A stretch of DNA of 53,081 nucleotides, from NCBI GenBank assembly GCA_016839815.1, contig JAEOTM010000198.1:1-53081 (forward strand), in the 5' to 3' direction. Under the pieces are notes generated by a model. It worked only from the letters and a program-made list of their open reading frames with translations, was not told where the DNA came from and made no database searches. Position 1 is the stretch's first letter; every line of letters starts with the position of its first letter. This document shows positions 31,118 through 41,235 of this stretch, piece by piece. The position numbers were made by a program, and so were the translations under genes. This DNA is from Candidatus Hodarchaeota archaeon. GTDB lineage: Archaea > Asgardarchaeota > Heimdallarchaeia > Hodarchaeales > Hodarchaeaceae.

Positions 31118-32083
31118 TTGTCAAAAGAAAAAGAATTCTTAGTTCAAGATTTAACGATTGATGATGAGTACGCTACAATTTCAGCCAATGCTTCAGTTCA
31201 AGAAGCAGCAAAAAAGATGAAAGAAAATGGAATTCCTGATTTAGTTGTCTTAGATGACGATAATATGTATCAGGGTGTCATTGCTGATTTTGATATTGTA
31301 ACTAATATGGTTGCTGAGGGTTTATCCTCTGAATCCAAGGTAACAGAGCTTATGTATACTATTGAGCCCGTAACAAAATCTACAACCGTTTCTGAGGCAT
31401 TTTCACGTATGCGAGATTTAGATGTTTCTATTGTTCCTGTTGTAGAAAATGATGAAGTAGTTGGAGTAGCTACAATAACTGACTGTTGGGGATACTTACC
31501 TGAAAAATATGAAGATTTAAAAGGACTGATTGCAGTATCTAATCCTCGCTTTGCAAACTACAGCTTCACTTTACTTATGTCTGTTCTTTACTTATTTTTC
31601 GGTATCTTTGCTCCTCTTATAGGAATAGTAGGCTATCTTAAAGCCCCAATTGCTAGCCAAGGTGGATTTACTGCTACCTATTACCTGTTTGAAGCTCGTG
31701 GGGCTAGTTTTTGGATGAGATTCATAGACATTCAAGGTCAATACGGAGCATTGTGGCTTCTATTGTCAGTTTATGGTGTCGCATTTATTGTTCTTAGTCT
31801 TGTAAGTGTTTATGCGATTTTCCAATGGGCATATGCTGATTATAAGATGATAAAGATAAATAAAAATTGGCAAGCGATTGGTGTGCTACTAGGTTTATTA
31901 AGTATTATAGTAGAGTGGTTATTGTTTATATCATTCGATTTTATGGACGTATTACGTGTTTCAAATGTTCAAATTGATTTCGGTGGATTTTTATTTTCAG
32001 TAATTGCCGTTATATGTCTTCTTGCAGCAGTTTCTCGCGATTACGTCTTTCGTGAGACAGCTGTCACAACAAAGGAGGAATAA
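31118..32083 (+). CDS. CBS-pair protein fused to a ~4-TM membrane domain
   Basis: Two CBS repeats (SVQEAAKKMKENGIPDLVV; TVSEAFSRMRDLDVSIVPVV) followed by hydrophobic helices. Confidence 0.8.
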   Translation: MSKEKEFLVQDLTIDDEYATISANASVQEAAKKMKENGIPDLVVLDDDNMYQGVIADFDIVTNMVAEGLSSESKVTELMYTIEPVTKSTTVSEAFSRMRDLDVSIVPVVENDEVVGVATITDCWGYLPEKYEDLKGLIAVSNPRFANYSFTLLMSVLYLFFGIFAPLIGIVGYLKAPIASQGGFTATYYLFEARGASFWMRFIDIQGQYGALWLLLSVYGVAFIVLSLVSVYAIFQWAYADYKMIKINKNWQAIGVLLGLLSIIVEWLLFISFDFMDVLRVSNVQIDFGGFLFSVIAVICLLAAVSRDYVFRETAVTTKEE

Positions 32084-32086
32084 AAA

Positions 32087-33775
32087 GTGCCCCGTGGTGG
32101 TGGTGGTGGATTTCGTGGAGGTGGAGGAGGTTTTCGCGGTGGTGGAGGATTTCGTGGAGGCGGCTTCCGAGGAGGAAGTCGAAGTTTCCGAGTAGGTTCA
32201 GTCAGAAGATCTGGACGTCCTTTCGGTAGGACAGGCTCTCGAAGAACGGTTTCTCGTGCTCCTCGATCTCGTCCAGGAAGAAATTACCATCGAAGACGTC
32301 ATCATCGATATTGGGGCGGTTATTATCGGCCTTGGTATCGACGTTGGTGGTATTGGAATTGGTGGTGGGGTTATCCCTACCGTAGATGGTATTATGCCCC
32401 AGTCTACTGGGGTGGTGGTGCAGTCTTAGGAATCATTGCCTTGTTAGTTATTCTCCCGCTGTTGAGTATGGCGTTTATCCCCTACCCATTAGCTAGTAGT
32501 GATGCAAATGGAACAGTCACTTACCAAGACACACAAACTATTTGGTATAATGAATACTGGTATGAACGAGAACCAATGAAACAAGGGCAAACTATAGATT
32601 ATAGAGTTGAAGCCATCCCAGGTCCAGTGACGTTTCTAATTTGGGATGAACCGTTTGAAAATTTACCTGAAAATCAAGTTCTCGAAGGAAGCTACGCTGA
32701 AAGTGACATGATAGTTGGCCCTGATCATGATTATGAGTACATTGGATACTTTCTAAAAATCGGTTCAACTCTTGAATATGAGTTTAACGTCACATCAGAA
32801 GAAGAAATTGAATTTTTCATTGCTGATGCCAATGAACTTGATCGGTGGAACAATTGGGAAACAATTAATTTTAGACAGTTTTATACTGGATCTGGAAGTT
32901 ACTCAAATGAATTTTCGGTCCCACACGCTGAAGATTGGTACCTTGTATGGTATAATCCGTCCTCCGAATCAATCAGCGTAGATTTTCAGATTGACTATAC
33001 ATCTGTAGGCAACATAAATGTAGCAGAAGCCGATGAAGTCAGAGAACATTTTACTGATCCACAATCGGATACTTTTCCAGTTCCACATGATGGGACGTGG
33101 TATTTCTTCATTTATATGAATCCTTTTGTCAATCCTGCAGAGTCTGTTGAAATCACCTTTGAGGTAAGTTACAACACAGAGGTCACCTATGAAGATCATT
33201 GGAGAGATGTAACACCGATATTAGTTGTCATCGGCCTTGTTGTTATCGTAATTCTCGTAATCGCGGTAATTCAACGAAGAAGTGCAAAGAAAAGTGTAAG
33301 TGCAACCCCAACGACATCTGGTACAACCACAACTCAACCGCCTGCAACTACTACCGCACAACCTCCTGCAAAGACTGTATGCCATAGGTGCAAAACGGAA
33401 TATAGACCTAGCGATGTTTTTTGCACCAATTGTGGAGCAAAACTTCATGGACGGGATTACGGTGCACCCAAAGTAAAGACTCCAGCTAATTCTAAATGGT
33501 GTAAGAACTGTAATGACACTTTAAAGGCCGATAGTCGTTTCTGTAAGAACTGTGGGACTCCAGTTGAACAAAAAATCGATACTCACAAGTTTTTCCCTGA
33601 TGAACGAAAAGCTTTCTTCTGTCAACTAGACAATGAACAACATCCTGCATCTGATTCCGCATACCAATGTGATCAATGTTCACGTATGGTTTGCGCAGAT
33701 TGCTATGATGATATTGGAAAAACTGGAATTCGGGTATGTCCCTATTGTAAGGGAAATCTAAGTAAAGTCCAATGA
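32087..33775 (+). CDS. Two-TM protein: RGG tail, GOLD-like beta-sandwiches, double Zn ribbon, RING-like finger
   Basis: (RGnF) repeats, TM1, acidic aromatic beta region, TM2, Thr/Pro linker, four CxxC pairs, and terminal CxxD-x12-CxxC-x4-CxxC-x11-CPxC. Confidence 0.75.
   Translation: MPRGGGGGFRGGGGGFRGGGGFRGGGFRGGSRSFRVGSVRRSGRPFGRTGSRRTVSRAPRSRPGRNYHRRRHHRYWGGYYRPWYRRWWYWNWWWGYPYRRWYYAPVYWGGGAVLGIIALLVILPLLSMAFIPYPLASSDANGTVTYQDTQTIWYNEYWYEREPMKQGQTIDYRVEAIPGPVTFLIWDEPFENLPENQVLEGSYAESDMIVGPDHDYEYIGYFLKIGSTLEYEFNVTSEEEIEFFIADANELDRWNNWETINFRQFYTGSGSYSNEFSVPHAEDWYLVWYNPSSESISVDFQIDYTSVGNINVAEADEVREHFTDPQSDTFPVPHDGTWYFFIYMNPFVNPAESVEITFEVSYNTEVTYEDHWRDVTPILVVIGLVVIVILVIAVIQRRSAKKSVSATPTTSGTTTTQPPATTTAQPPAKTVCHRCKTEYRPSDVFCTNCGAKLHGRDYGAPKVKTPANSKWCKNCNDTLKADSRFCKNCGTPVEQKIDTHKFFPDERKAFFCQLDNEQHPASDSAYQCDQCSRMVCADCYDDIGKTGIRVCPYCKGNLSKVQ
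32093..32176 (+). repeat. G-rich coding repeat encoding an RGG/GAR tract
   Basis: Encodes RG5F-RG5F-RG4F-RG3F-RG2 using mixed GGT/GGA/GGC codons. Confidence 0.85.
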
Positions 33776-33780
33776 TTTCC

Positions 33781-34764
33781 CTACATTCTTTCTTTTTTCA
33801 TTTCTGGTATCAGATTTGGTGGAGTTTTACCTTTTTCTAAAGCTAAAATATTCTCTACTACCATGACTGCCATCGCATCACGAGCTTCTGTTGTCGCTGA
33901 TCCAATATGAGGTGTCAGAACCACATTATTCATTTCACGTAGTTCTTCTGGTACTTTTGGCTCATGATAAAACACATCTAGTCCCGCCCCAGCTATGCTC
34001 TTCTTCTGTAAGGCACTTATTAAAGCTGATTCATCGATTACCTTTCCACGAGCGGTATTAATGAGAAAAGCGGTCTTCTTCATTATATTCAGTTCGTTTT
34101 GACTAATCAGATGATGAGTTTCTTTTGTATATGGAACATGTATACTTATGATATCCGAAGATTGTAGGAATTCACTGAAATTGGGAGTGAATTCTGCATC
34201 AATACTTTCTTGCAGGTTATCCACTTTGGATCGTGAAAAATATTGAACTCTCATTTCAAACCCAATCCCTCTTTTTGCTACAGCTCTTCCAATTCGTCCC
34301 ATACCTACAATACCCAGTGTTTTCCCTGCTAATTCATACCCTAGCATATACTCAGGTGCCCAACCCGGAAATTCAGGATTCCGACACTCCTTGTCAGCTT
34401 CAATAATTCTTCGTGTTACGCTTAAGATTAAACTCCATGTTAAATCTGCAGTAGCATTCGTAAGTACATCTGGAGTATTTGTTACTGGTATGCCCAACCT
34501 ACTAGTTGATTCGATATCAATATTATTGTAGCCTACTGCATAATTAGCGATACCCTTTAACTTAAATCCCCTTTTTATCAATTCATCATCTATTTTTACT
34601 GATAGTAGAGGGACCAGATAATGAGTTGTAGGTAAGATATCAAATAGTTGTTTTTGGATTGATTCCTTAGAATCTAGAATAATAACTTCAAAATCATCCT
34701 GGAGTAGTTCTAGCCCTTTATCTGGAATTTTATGTGTTAATACTATACGTACTTTTTCCTTCAC
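33781..34764 (-). CDS. gyaR: Glyoxylate reductase / D-glycerate dehydrogenase
   Basis: AVGYNNID, TNTPDVLT, GMGRIG, INTARG, AGLDV, TPHIGSAT. Confidence 0.85.
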   Translation of the reverse strand: MKEKVRIVLTHKIPDKGLELLQDDFEVIILDSKESIQKQLFDILPTTHYLVPLLSVKIDDELIKRGFKLKGIANYAVGYNNIDIESTSRLGIPVTNTPDVLTNATADLTWSLILSVTRRIIEADKECRNPEFPGWAPEYMLGYELAGKTLGIVGMGRIGRAVAKRGIGFEMRVQYFSRSKVDNLQESIDAEFTPNFSEFLQSSDIISIHVPYTKETHHLISQNELNIMKKTAFLINTARGKVIDESALISALQKKSIAGAGLDVFYHEPKVPEELREMNNVVLTPHIGSATTEARDAMAVMVVENILALEKGKTPPNLIPEMKKERM

Positions 34765-34808
34765 TGTTCTTCCTCGATCATTTTATTTTAAAGATGCATA
34801 AAATTCTT

Positions 34809-36380
34809 TTACTCTATTTGATTTGATTCTCGAGAATATACACATTGTCCATTAACATATGTTTGCTCAATTACTAAATCCTGAAGTTCTTTAGAATTGA
34901 TTTTTAGAGGAGAATTCTCCACGATGATAAAATCGGCAAATTTGTGCATATCAATATTCCCCATTTCTTTGTCTACAGATAAGGCTAGAGCATTATCTAC
35001 TATGTACGCTTTAAATGCCTCTTCTACAGAAATTTGTATTTCTTTAGAAGGGAAATTCACTGCATGATGTATTCCGTATAATGGTGAAAGTGGCATATTA
35101 TCTGAACCAAAAGATAAATGAGCACCTAGTCTTAAAATTCGATTAAACCTATTTAGTGAATATATTTTTTCTCTTCCAAACCGTTGTTCATATAATTCTC
35201 CAGGATATTGCCATTTCAAAAAATTAGGTTGCATTGAAAGAATAATTCCTAGTTTTTTCGCACGAATTATCTGATCATCAGTTATCATTTCAGCATGTTC
35301 AATTCGATGTCTTTGTGTCGTTTGTTGATTTCCAGCCGTATTAATGCCCTCTTCAAAACAATCCAACAATCCTTCGATAGCCTGATCTCCAATTGCATGA
35401 ATACACAGGGTACATGCATTTCTTTCTGCAAATAATACTTGTGACACTAATTCAGTTTCGTCTAGGAACTTATCCCCCTTGGTCTTCACATCAAGATACT
35501 CAAAGGACGTCAATGCTGTATGAGATCCTATTGCACCGTCAAAGAATCCTTTATATCCAGAATACCGTAACATTTTATCTCCTTGATTTCGATAGATACC
35601 TTCTTTTACATACTCCTCCATTAAATCACGAGTGGGGTTTAAGAAGACCCGTATTTGTAGTAGATCGTTGTTATCTAATTTAAAATACTCATTCAGAATA
35701 TTTATCTGTCCCTCTGGCATGATAGTAAGATTATCAACCACCGCAGTAATTCCCATTGAGGCTGCAATCTTACAGGATGTTTTAATGCTTTCTGGGATAA
35801 GTTCTTGAAAATAAGGGGTGAGATCGAGCCAAACATCTTTTAATACACCCGTTGGTTGCCCATTACCGTCTTTCATTACCCCTTTGTGACTTAATGAAAT
35901 TGATAATTGGTTAAAAGCTACTGAGTTTACAACAACTAGGTGCCCATCCTCTCTTTTCATATAAACAGGATTATTTTCACTTATTCTATCTAAATCATTC
36001 ATGGAAGGAAATTCTTTCCGATCAGTCCAAAATGATTCATCCCACCCCGAAAAAAAGACCCATTCTCCAGGATTTTTTGAACTCACAACATTTTCTACTT
36101 TCTTTAAGGTTTCCTGATAGGTAGAAATCCCCGTTAAGCTAACATCTATGATACTTGCCTCGGTCCAAAGGTGTGTATGTAAATCAATAAACCCTGGAAG
36201 AACTGATCTTCCCTTTAAGTTAATTGAACTAAGTGAATTTTTAATAATTTTTTCGTCGTAGTTTCCGACATAACTGAATTTCCCATTTGTAAATGCTAGC
36301 ATTTCTGCAATGTCACTATTCTCATTAAATGTCAGTATTTGACCATTATAAATAGCTGTATCATGCTGCTTTTGAACCAT
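34809..36380 (-). CDS. Amidohydrolase_3 (YtcJ-like) metal-dependent hydrolase
   Basis: PGFIDLHTH, DGH, FDGAIGS, HAIGD, HRIEHAE, GSD. Start taken at ATG 36380. Confidence 0.88.
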   Translation of the reverse strand: MVQKQHDTAIYNGQILTFNENSDIAEMLAFTNGKFSYVGNYDEKIIKNSLSSINLKGRSVLPGFIDLHTHLWTEASIIDVSLTGISTYQETLKKVENVVSSKNPGEWVFFSGWDESFWTDRKEFPSMNDLDRISENNPVYMKREDGHLVVVNSVAFNQLSISLSHKGVMKDGNGQPTGVLKDVWLDLTPYFQELIPESIKTSCKIAASMGITAVVDNLTIMPEGQINILNEYFKLDNNDLLQIRVFLNPTRDLMEEYVKEGIYRNQGDKMLRYSGYKGFFDGAIGSHTALTSFEYLDVKTKGDKFLDETELVSQVLFAERNACTLCIHAIGDQAIEGLLDCFEEGINTAGNQQTTQRHRIEHAEMITDDQIIRAKKLGIILSMQPNFLKWQYPGELYEQRFGREKIYSLNRFNRILRLGAHLSFGSDNMPLSPLYGIHHAVNFPSKEIQISVEEAFKAYIVDNALALSVDKEMGNIDMHKFADFIIVENSPLKINSKELQDLVIEQTYVNGQCVYSRESNQIE

Positions 36381-36539
36381 TGAAGGGCACCTCATTCTGC
36401 GGAAAACCAAGTATTTGAAATATTACTTGTAGAAAAGCACAGATGAATTCTTAAAGGTATTTTTCCGATATCTCGTTTAGCAGAATGAAGTAATTTACCT
36501 TCAATTGTGATGCAGTACCCCTAAGGAAGGAAAATAACA

Positions 36540-37583
36540 GTGGCTAGCGTCGATTACGATTTTATAGAACTTGATATGGGACAGGGAGGAAAAAAAATGG
36601 ATATTCTCATTGATTTTATAACTAGTCGTATCAAAACTAAAAAAATTTCAGAAAAAGGGATTGGAGTAGAGTCGTTTGACGATGGAGCTATTATTCCCCT
36701 ACAGAACCAATCTATTGATCTGGTTCTTACAACTGATTCATACACAGTTACGCCGCTATTTTTTCGTGGAGGAAATATTGGAGATTTAGCTGCAAATGGA
36801 ACTATAAATGACCTACTTATGATGGGGGCTCGACCCATAGCTATAACACTCGCATTAGTGATAAGAGAGGGATTGAAGTTTGATGAATTAGCAAAAGTTG
36901 TGGAAACAATTGTAGACATTACTGAAAAATATAACATAGGTATAGTGGCTGGGGATACTAAAGTTATGCCGATTGGTTCAATGGATGAGGCAGGATTAAT
37001 AATTAATACAACAGGTTTAGGGGAAATTCCGATAGGAAAACGAATAACAGATAGTTCACTAGAACCAGATGATATTATTATTTCAACTGGAACACTTGGT
37101 GATCATGGTTTTGCAATGCTTGTTACAAGAGAAGGTATCGAATTAGAAACTGAAATTGAATCAGATGTTGCCCCTTTATTATCCTTAATAGAACCAATAT
37201 TAGATTTGCGAGTTCATGCAATGAAAGATCCAACTAGAGGTGGTTTAACAGGAGTACTAACGGATTGGGCTAAGAAATCAAATGTCTCAATATGGCTTGA
37301 TGAGGTGAATATCCCTATTTCAGAAGATGTGCGAATTGTAGCGGATATATTTGGGATTGATCCTTTACATGTTTCCTGTGAAGGTAAAGCGATAATTGGT
37401 GTCCATCCCGAAGATGCGGATCAGGTACTAAATTTATTAAAGGCTAATCCTCTTGGTAAACAAGCAGCTATCATAGGTCATGTGAAAGAATCACGAAAAG
37501 GACAGGTGCTATTAAAGACCGCTATTGGTGGCCATCGAATTTTAGATAAACCAGTTGGTGAACCAATTCCGCGAGTTTGTTAA
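36540..37583 (+). CDS. hypE: Hydrogenase maturation protein HypE
   Basis: TTDSY...PLFF, GTINDL, GDTKVM, MKDPTRGG, C-terminal PRVC. Confidence 0.95.
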   Translation: MASVDYDFIELDMGQGGKKMDILIDFITSRIKTKKISEKGIGVESFDDGAIIPLQNQSIDLVLTTDSYTVTPLFFRGGNIGDLAANGTINDLLMMGARPIAITLALVIREGLKFDELAKVVETIVDITEKYNIGIVAGDTKVMPIGSMDEAGLIINTTGLGEIPIGKRITDSSLEPDDIIISTGTLGDHGFAMLVTREGIELETEIESDVAPLLSLIEPILDLRVHAMKDPTRGGLTGVLTDWAKKSNVSIWLDEVNIPISEDVRIVADIFGIDPLHVSCEGKAIIGVHPEDADQVLNLLKANPLGKQAAIIGHVKESRKGQVLLKTAIGGHRILDKPVGEPIPRVC

Positions 37584-37837
37584 GATTCTTCCAACGAATT
37601 TTCATTCTCTTCCTCTGATTTCCAAAGCTCTTCCCAGAGTGCTAGGGTATCATGAGCTTCCTCTGGAGACATTATAGAGACCGCATACCCAGTGTGAATA
37701 AGAATCCAATCACCCTTGTTTAATTCCTCCCCCAATAAGGCTATACTTACCTCTCTTTTTACTCCACGACCAAAATCAGCAAGAATCATTTGATCCTCCA
37801 AAAATTCTTCAACTTGTGCGGGGATAGCTAAACACAT
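37580..37837 (-). CDS. hypC: Hydrogenase maturation chaperone HypC
   Basis: MCLAIPA start and GDWILIHTGYA. Confidence 0.95.
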   Translation of the reverse strand: MCLAIPAQVEEFLEDQMILADFGRGVKREVSIALLGEELNKGDWILIHTGYAVSIMSPEEAHDTLALWEELWKSEEENENSLEES

Positions 37838-37988
37838 AGGAAATAGTTCCATCCGAATAACTGACTAAGGCCTAGAAAAAAACTGAGAGTAAAAAATATT
37901 ATGGCTTTATCTTCAAAGAAAGATCGTTGAAGACCAAGTTTATTCATCCCGATACCAATAATTATATTCTCAATTTTGAGGTAAGTCT

Positions 37989-40370
37989 GTGTACTGTCAA
38001 ATACTAATCAATGGTGTAGTTCAAGGTATCGGGTTCCGACCATTCGTGTATAATCTAGCTCTAAAGCATAACTTAGTTGGTTTTGTTCTTAATAGAGGAG
38101 ATGCAGGAGTAGAGATTCAGATAAAGGGATCAGAAGCACAAATTCAAGCTTTTATTTATGACTTACAAAATAAAAAACCTACATTAGCTAGATATGAGAA
38201 TTTTCAACCTAATTTCAAGTTCAAGAATGTAAGCGAAACAAAATTTGATAGATTTAGAATTGCACAGAGCTCTTTATTACGAGGAAACGAAGGCTCTTAT
38301 ATACCACCAGATTTACCAATTTGTGAAAAATGCATTAATGAAATGGGATTTGATCCCCGTAGAAGGAATTATGCTTTCACATCATGTGTAGACTGTGGGC
38401 CTAGATATTCTGTAATCACTTCATTGCCTTATGATCGTCCTAGAACAGTGATGGAAGAGTTTCCATTATGTTCCAGGTGTTTAGAAGAATACACCACACC
38501 ATCTGATAGACGCTTCCATGCTCAAACAACATGTTGTTGGGATTGTGGGCCAAAGTATCGATTATATGACAATAAGGGAAATCTTGTACTCTCTCCTGAT
38601 AATTTCAAGGGAAATGAGGATTTACCCTCCAAACTCTTGAATGAAAATTCTATTATTGCAATTAAGGGGATTGGGGGAACACACATTGCATGCAGAACCA
38701 TGATAGATGAACCCATTATTAAAATACGGAATTGGAAAGGAGCGCGAGGTGATAAACCATTTGCTGTGATGGCTAAAAATCAAGAATCTGTGCAAAAATT
38801 CGCTTACTGCTCAGAAATCGAGAATGAATATCTTTCTTCTCATATACGACCAATTCTACTTCTCACAAAACAAGAGAAGTTTCCATTATCAAGATATATC
38901 TCACCTGATTTACATAATATCGGAGTTCTTTTTCCTTATGCAGGTATTCATGTTACATTATTTGAATGGATCACCGACCCTGCATTAGTCATGACTTCTG
39001 GTAATCCTTCTAATATGCCGATACTTATTAAGAATAGCCAGATACGAAGTAATCTATCTGAGATTGTTGATTACTATTTATTGCATGATAGGAAAATTTA
39101 TCAACGAATTGATGATAGTGTATTACGTCTACATGAAATTAACAAGCGTCCGCACCCCCTAATTATACGTAGAAGTAGAGGATATGTTCCTGAACCCATT
39201 TCTCTTCCATGGAAGGATTCAGTCTCAACAGTGATAGCTTTGGGTGCTGAAATGCATTCGGTTGGTGCTATTGGAATTGGTAGTAGAGTTTTCGCTACTC
39301 AGCACATCGGTCATCTCAGTACTCTCGAAAACATAGATTTTCTCAAATCCAGCTTAAAACACATGAAATCTTTACTAGGAATTGATAGGGTTGAGGGATT
39401 CGGAGGAGATTTACACCCGGAATTTTCTTCAACTAAGCTTGGTCAGGAGTGGGCTGATCGTTATAACATTCCATTTTACCAATTCCAGCATCATTTTTCT
39501 CATCTAAGTGCCCTAGCTATTGACGCTAGAGTCAATCCTGAAGAGACAATTCTATGCGCCGCGTTGGATGGAACGGGCTATGGGACAGATGGAACTATAT
39601 GGGGAGGAGAAATTTTGATGGGGAACTTCTCAGGTTATGAGAGAGTTGGCCATTTAGAAGTTTTAGCCATTCCTGGAGGAGATTTGGCAATTAATCAACC
39701 TCACCGCGCCCTTTTAGCATTTCTTCTCTCATTTATGACTCCCGAAGAAGTGACTCAAAGTATTCTGTCATTACCATGGTTAAATTGGATCACTGAATTA
39801 GATAACTATTCTATTTTACTAAAAACAATCGAAAATCAGAGTAGGAATCGGGATCTTACAACTCATAATCTTACATCCAGTTGTGGACGAGTTCTTGATA
39901 TTCTAAGTGTGATGCTAGGGGTAACAAAATTTCGTTCTTATGAAGGTGAACCCGCCATTAAACTCGAATCTTATGCTCTGAGAAAAAAGAATGAATCAAT
40001 ACCTACTATTCAGATTCCTTACAGTGAAAATAACAAAGGGTCCATTGAGATAAAGACAAAAATGCTTATTAGCAAAATATGGGAAGAAATGCAGAGTGGA
40101 GTGAATAGAAATATACTCGCCTTAGCATCGGAGAAGGCACTCGCAAATACGATTGCAGAAGTAACTCTTCTACTCGCTGAAAAGCATGGAATTAGCAAAA
40201 TCGGAATGTCTGGAGGAGTATGCTATAATCAAACCATTTATTCAGAATTCTACCACAAAATAATCAATGCGGGTAAGAATTTTACTCCAATATTTCATAA
40301 ACAGATTCCATGTGGAGACGGTTGTATATCGATCGGACAAGTACCCTTAATCCAAGCAAAATTACGTTGA
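37989..40370 (+). CDS. hypF: Carbamoyltransferase HypF
   Basis: GVVQGIGFRPF, Zn fingers, RRFHAQ, KGIGG, RRSRGY, QHHFSH, DGTGYG, GDGCISIGQ. Confidence 0.96.
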   Translation: MYCQILINGVVQGIGFRPFVYNLALKHNLVGFVLNRGDAGVEIQIKGSEAQIQAFIYDLQNKKPTLARYENFQPNFKFKNVSETKFDRFRIAQSSLLRGNEGSYIPPDLPICEKCINEMGFDPRRRNYAFTSCVDCGPRYSVITSLPYDRPRTVMEEFPLCSRCLEEYTTPSDRRFHAQTTCCWDCGPKYRLYDNKGNLVLSPDNFKGNEDLPSKLLNENSIIAIKGIGGTHIACRTMIDEPIIKIRNWKGARGDKPFAVMAKNQESVQKFAYCSEIENEYLSSHIRPILLLTKQEKFPLSRYISPDLHNIGVLFPYAGIHVTLFEWITDPALVMTSGNPSNMPILIKNSQIRSNLSEIVDYYLLHDRKIYQRIDDSVLRLHEINKRPHPLIIRRSRGYVPEPISLPWKDSVSTVIALGAEMHSVGAIGIGSRVFATQHIGHLSTLENIDFLKSSLKHMKSLLGIDRVEGFGGDLHPEFSSTKLGQEWADRYNIPFYQFQHHFSHLSALAIDARVNPEETILCAALDGTGYGTDGTIWGGEILMGNFSGYERVGHLEVLAIPGGDLAINQPHRALLAFLLSFMTPEEVTQSILSLPWLNWITELDNYSILLKTIENQSRNRDLTTHNLTSSCGRVLDILSVMLGVTKFRSYEGEPAIKLESYALRKKNESIPTIQIPYSENNKGSIEIKTKMLISKIWEEMQSGVNRNILALASEKALANTIAEVTLLLAEKHGISKIGMSGGVCYNQTIYSEFYHKIINAGKNFTPIFHKQIPCGDGCISIGQVPLIQAKLR

Positions 40371-40522
40371 TTTCAGAAATCTAATTATTTTTCTTTCACC
40401 TTCATCTATCTAGGTATTCTAAGTATGAATAGCTTTAAATGTCCAGTGTCCTAGAACATTGTAGAAATGGGCTTTTGTCAGGATTATTTCTCTTTTACTC
40501 ACTGTCAAGACGTGAAACTAAA

Positions 40523-41095
40523 ATGGAACCAGTAGACGATGAACCAAGATCCTATCAAGATTATTTTGAAGAAGTATTTGACTCTCTTTCATTACTTAAA
40601 TTACAAATTGATACTACGATAGAAAAACCTGATGAGTTATACAAACAGTTGGGTACTGTCGAAGATGTATTAGAAACTCTATTAAACTGGATTAAACTAC
40701 AGAAAAACGGTCTACGGAATTTTGAAACCATCGTAGATTGGGTAAAGAAATTAGCAATTGATACAACCTTAAGCAAAGATGAAATTCGGAGTCGTTTAAG
40801 AATCATAATCCTCCCCCAGGTTGAATCTTTTACCCAGAATCTCACTACTAATGAAAAAAGCGCATTAAAAGTCTTAGATGCGGTAAGTAAGAATTTAGAG
40901 GAACTACCTCAATTTTTAAAATCAGTTCAACAAAAAAATTTCAAGTTACTTTCCACAATTGGCTATGATCCCCAAACAGGAACCTCACATCTTGATTTAG
41001 CATTTTTAAATCTCTACCAAGGTCGATTTGAAGATTTTGAAAAGGAATTAGAACACTTAAAGGAGAATATGGTCCCAAAAGAGAGTTCTCCTTAG
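40523..41095 (+). CDS. Hypothetical all-alpha protein
   Basis: Amphipathic helical composition. ATG at 40523 preferred because the upstream residues look non-coding. Confidence 0.6.
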   Translation: MEPVDDEPRSYQDYFEEVFDSLSLLKLQIDTTIEKPDELYKQLGTVEDVLETLLNWIKLQKNGLRNFETIVDWVKKLAIDTTLSKDEIRSRLRIIILPQVESFTQNLTTNEKSALKVLDAVSKNLEELPQFLKSVQQKNFKLLSTIGYDPQTGTSHLDLAFLNLYQGRFEDFEKELEHLKENMVPKESSP

Positions 41096-41235
41096 TAATA
41101 TCACATCATATTCCATAAGGCATTTAACCATTATTTTATAAACTAAAACCATCTATTTAAAGATAAATTCATCTAAAATGTCAAGATAATATATTTATTT
41201 ATCGTGTTTTGTAAGATACAAGAGGGTTCAAAACT

